From positions 10,292,001-10,356,000 of the forward strand of contig NC_043025.1 in assembly GCF_006345805.1 (NCBI RefSeq): a stretch of 64,000 nucleotides of DNA, given 5' to 3'. Origin of the DNA: Octopus sinensis. Taxonomy: Eukaryota. Positions 63,230-64,000 of this stretch are shown in pieces. The notes beneath the pieces were generated by a model. It did no database searches and was not told the origin of the DNA. It saw only the letters and a program-made list of their open reading frames with translations. Numbering within the stretch: the stretch's first letter is position 1; each line of letters begins with the position of its first letter. The translations under genes and the position numbers were made by a program.

Positions 63230-64000
63230 TTGCCCTCGAGCAAGTTCTCTGTTTGTAAATATTTGCCACAAGGAAGCAAAGGTTGTTTTCTGTTTGTTTT
63301 CTTTTTTTGGAACTATTCCAGCGACTACTTTAAGTATTCAATTAGATGTCTTAATGAAATGACATTAATTAAGAACGTGTTGTTGTTGTTCGGTTGACAA
63401 GGCTGGTCTGGGCTTGTAATTAAGTCATTGTATTATTGATGGCCTGCTCAATATGCTGCATGTGTATTTGAGATGTTGAAGGTGGTTTGGTGAGTCGGGG
63501 TTGGTGAGGTTATTTCTCATTTGTTTTCAACAGATGAGAATATAACTGGCAGTTGCTGACATGTTAAAGTTAAATTAATTACTATGCATACATAATTAAA
63601 ATGTAGCCTAAGTGATCAAGGAGTGGGTTGGGAAATATGCAATCCTTTTTTTTTCTTCTTTTCTCTTTTCTAATACTGTTATGTAATATGTGATGAAATA
63701 CTGGTAAATACTGGACTAACAACTGCATGCTTACCTAATAATAATTGCAGAAACATCAGTCCATTGCTATAGTACATGACTGCTAAATGACACTTTGGCA
63801 ACATGTTGCAGTAACACAAATTTTATATATTTTAAGATCATGATTACTATTTTTATTGTTCATCTCATTTCTAACAATGAAACTATGTTTTTAAAGGTTT
63901 ATTATTGTTTTCTGCACAATGTTTACATTTATACTTCATTTTGATTGACCTTTATCAAATCGGTATAAACATAGTGTTAATGGAAATTGTCTCCAAAATC

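Noticed and set aside
63515-63570. Possible next RBM39 coding exon after ttgttttcaacag (63533)
   Set aside because: Immediate stop in the required phase and no RS or RRM coding; the next coding exon must lie beyond the window.

Overview
This is AT-rich, repeat-dense eukaryotic DNA, most likely from a coleoid cephalopod such as Octopus. That assignment is inferred from the SINE/MITE landscape and intron sizes, not from a search. Nearly the whole window lies inside one + strand gene, the splicing factor RBM39 (Caper/CAPERalpha). Three coding exons are visible: 8034-8113 (ATG at 8060), 22675-22718 and 55843-55902. Spliced, they read MADDFDVEAMLEAPYRKE-DDVVKTDGRADKER-RRRRSRSSSRSRSTSPVKHR, the diagnostic RBM39 N-terminus plus the start of the RS domain. 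I did not locate the promoter or first non-coding exon, and the RRM exons must lie beyond base 64000. The introns (14.6 kb, 33.1 kb and over 8 kb) hold several SINE families, piggyBac- and mariner-type MITEs, RTE LINE remnants, a probable Helitron and microsatellites. The most interesting signal lies in the repeat-poor islands inside these introns, which contain well-formed splice sites defining stop-codon (poison) exons. A 68-nt exon at 16743-16810 carries AGCUUUG, a match to the motif bound by human RBM39 RRM2. A 20-nt micro-exon just upstream has its donor only 15 nt from that exon's branch point, which suggests steric mutual exclusion. Further candidate poison exons sit at about 47.5, 48.3, 54.8 and 56.3 kb. 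Together they suggest a multi-cassette, NMD-coupled autoregulatory system. Several long fold-backs (possible ADAR substrates), a SINE-LINE pair sharing a 3' tail and a hammerhead-ribozyme-like permuted unit are also noted. All alternative-exon calls are sequence-only predictions that need RNA-seq, and most repeat boundaries are approximate.
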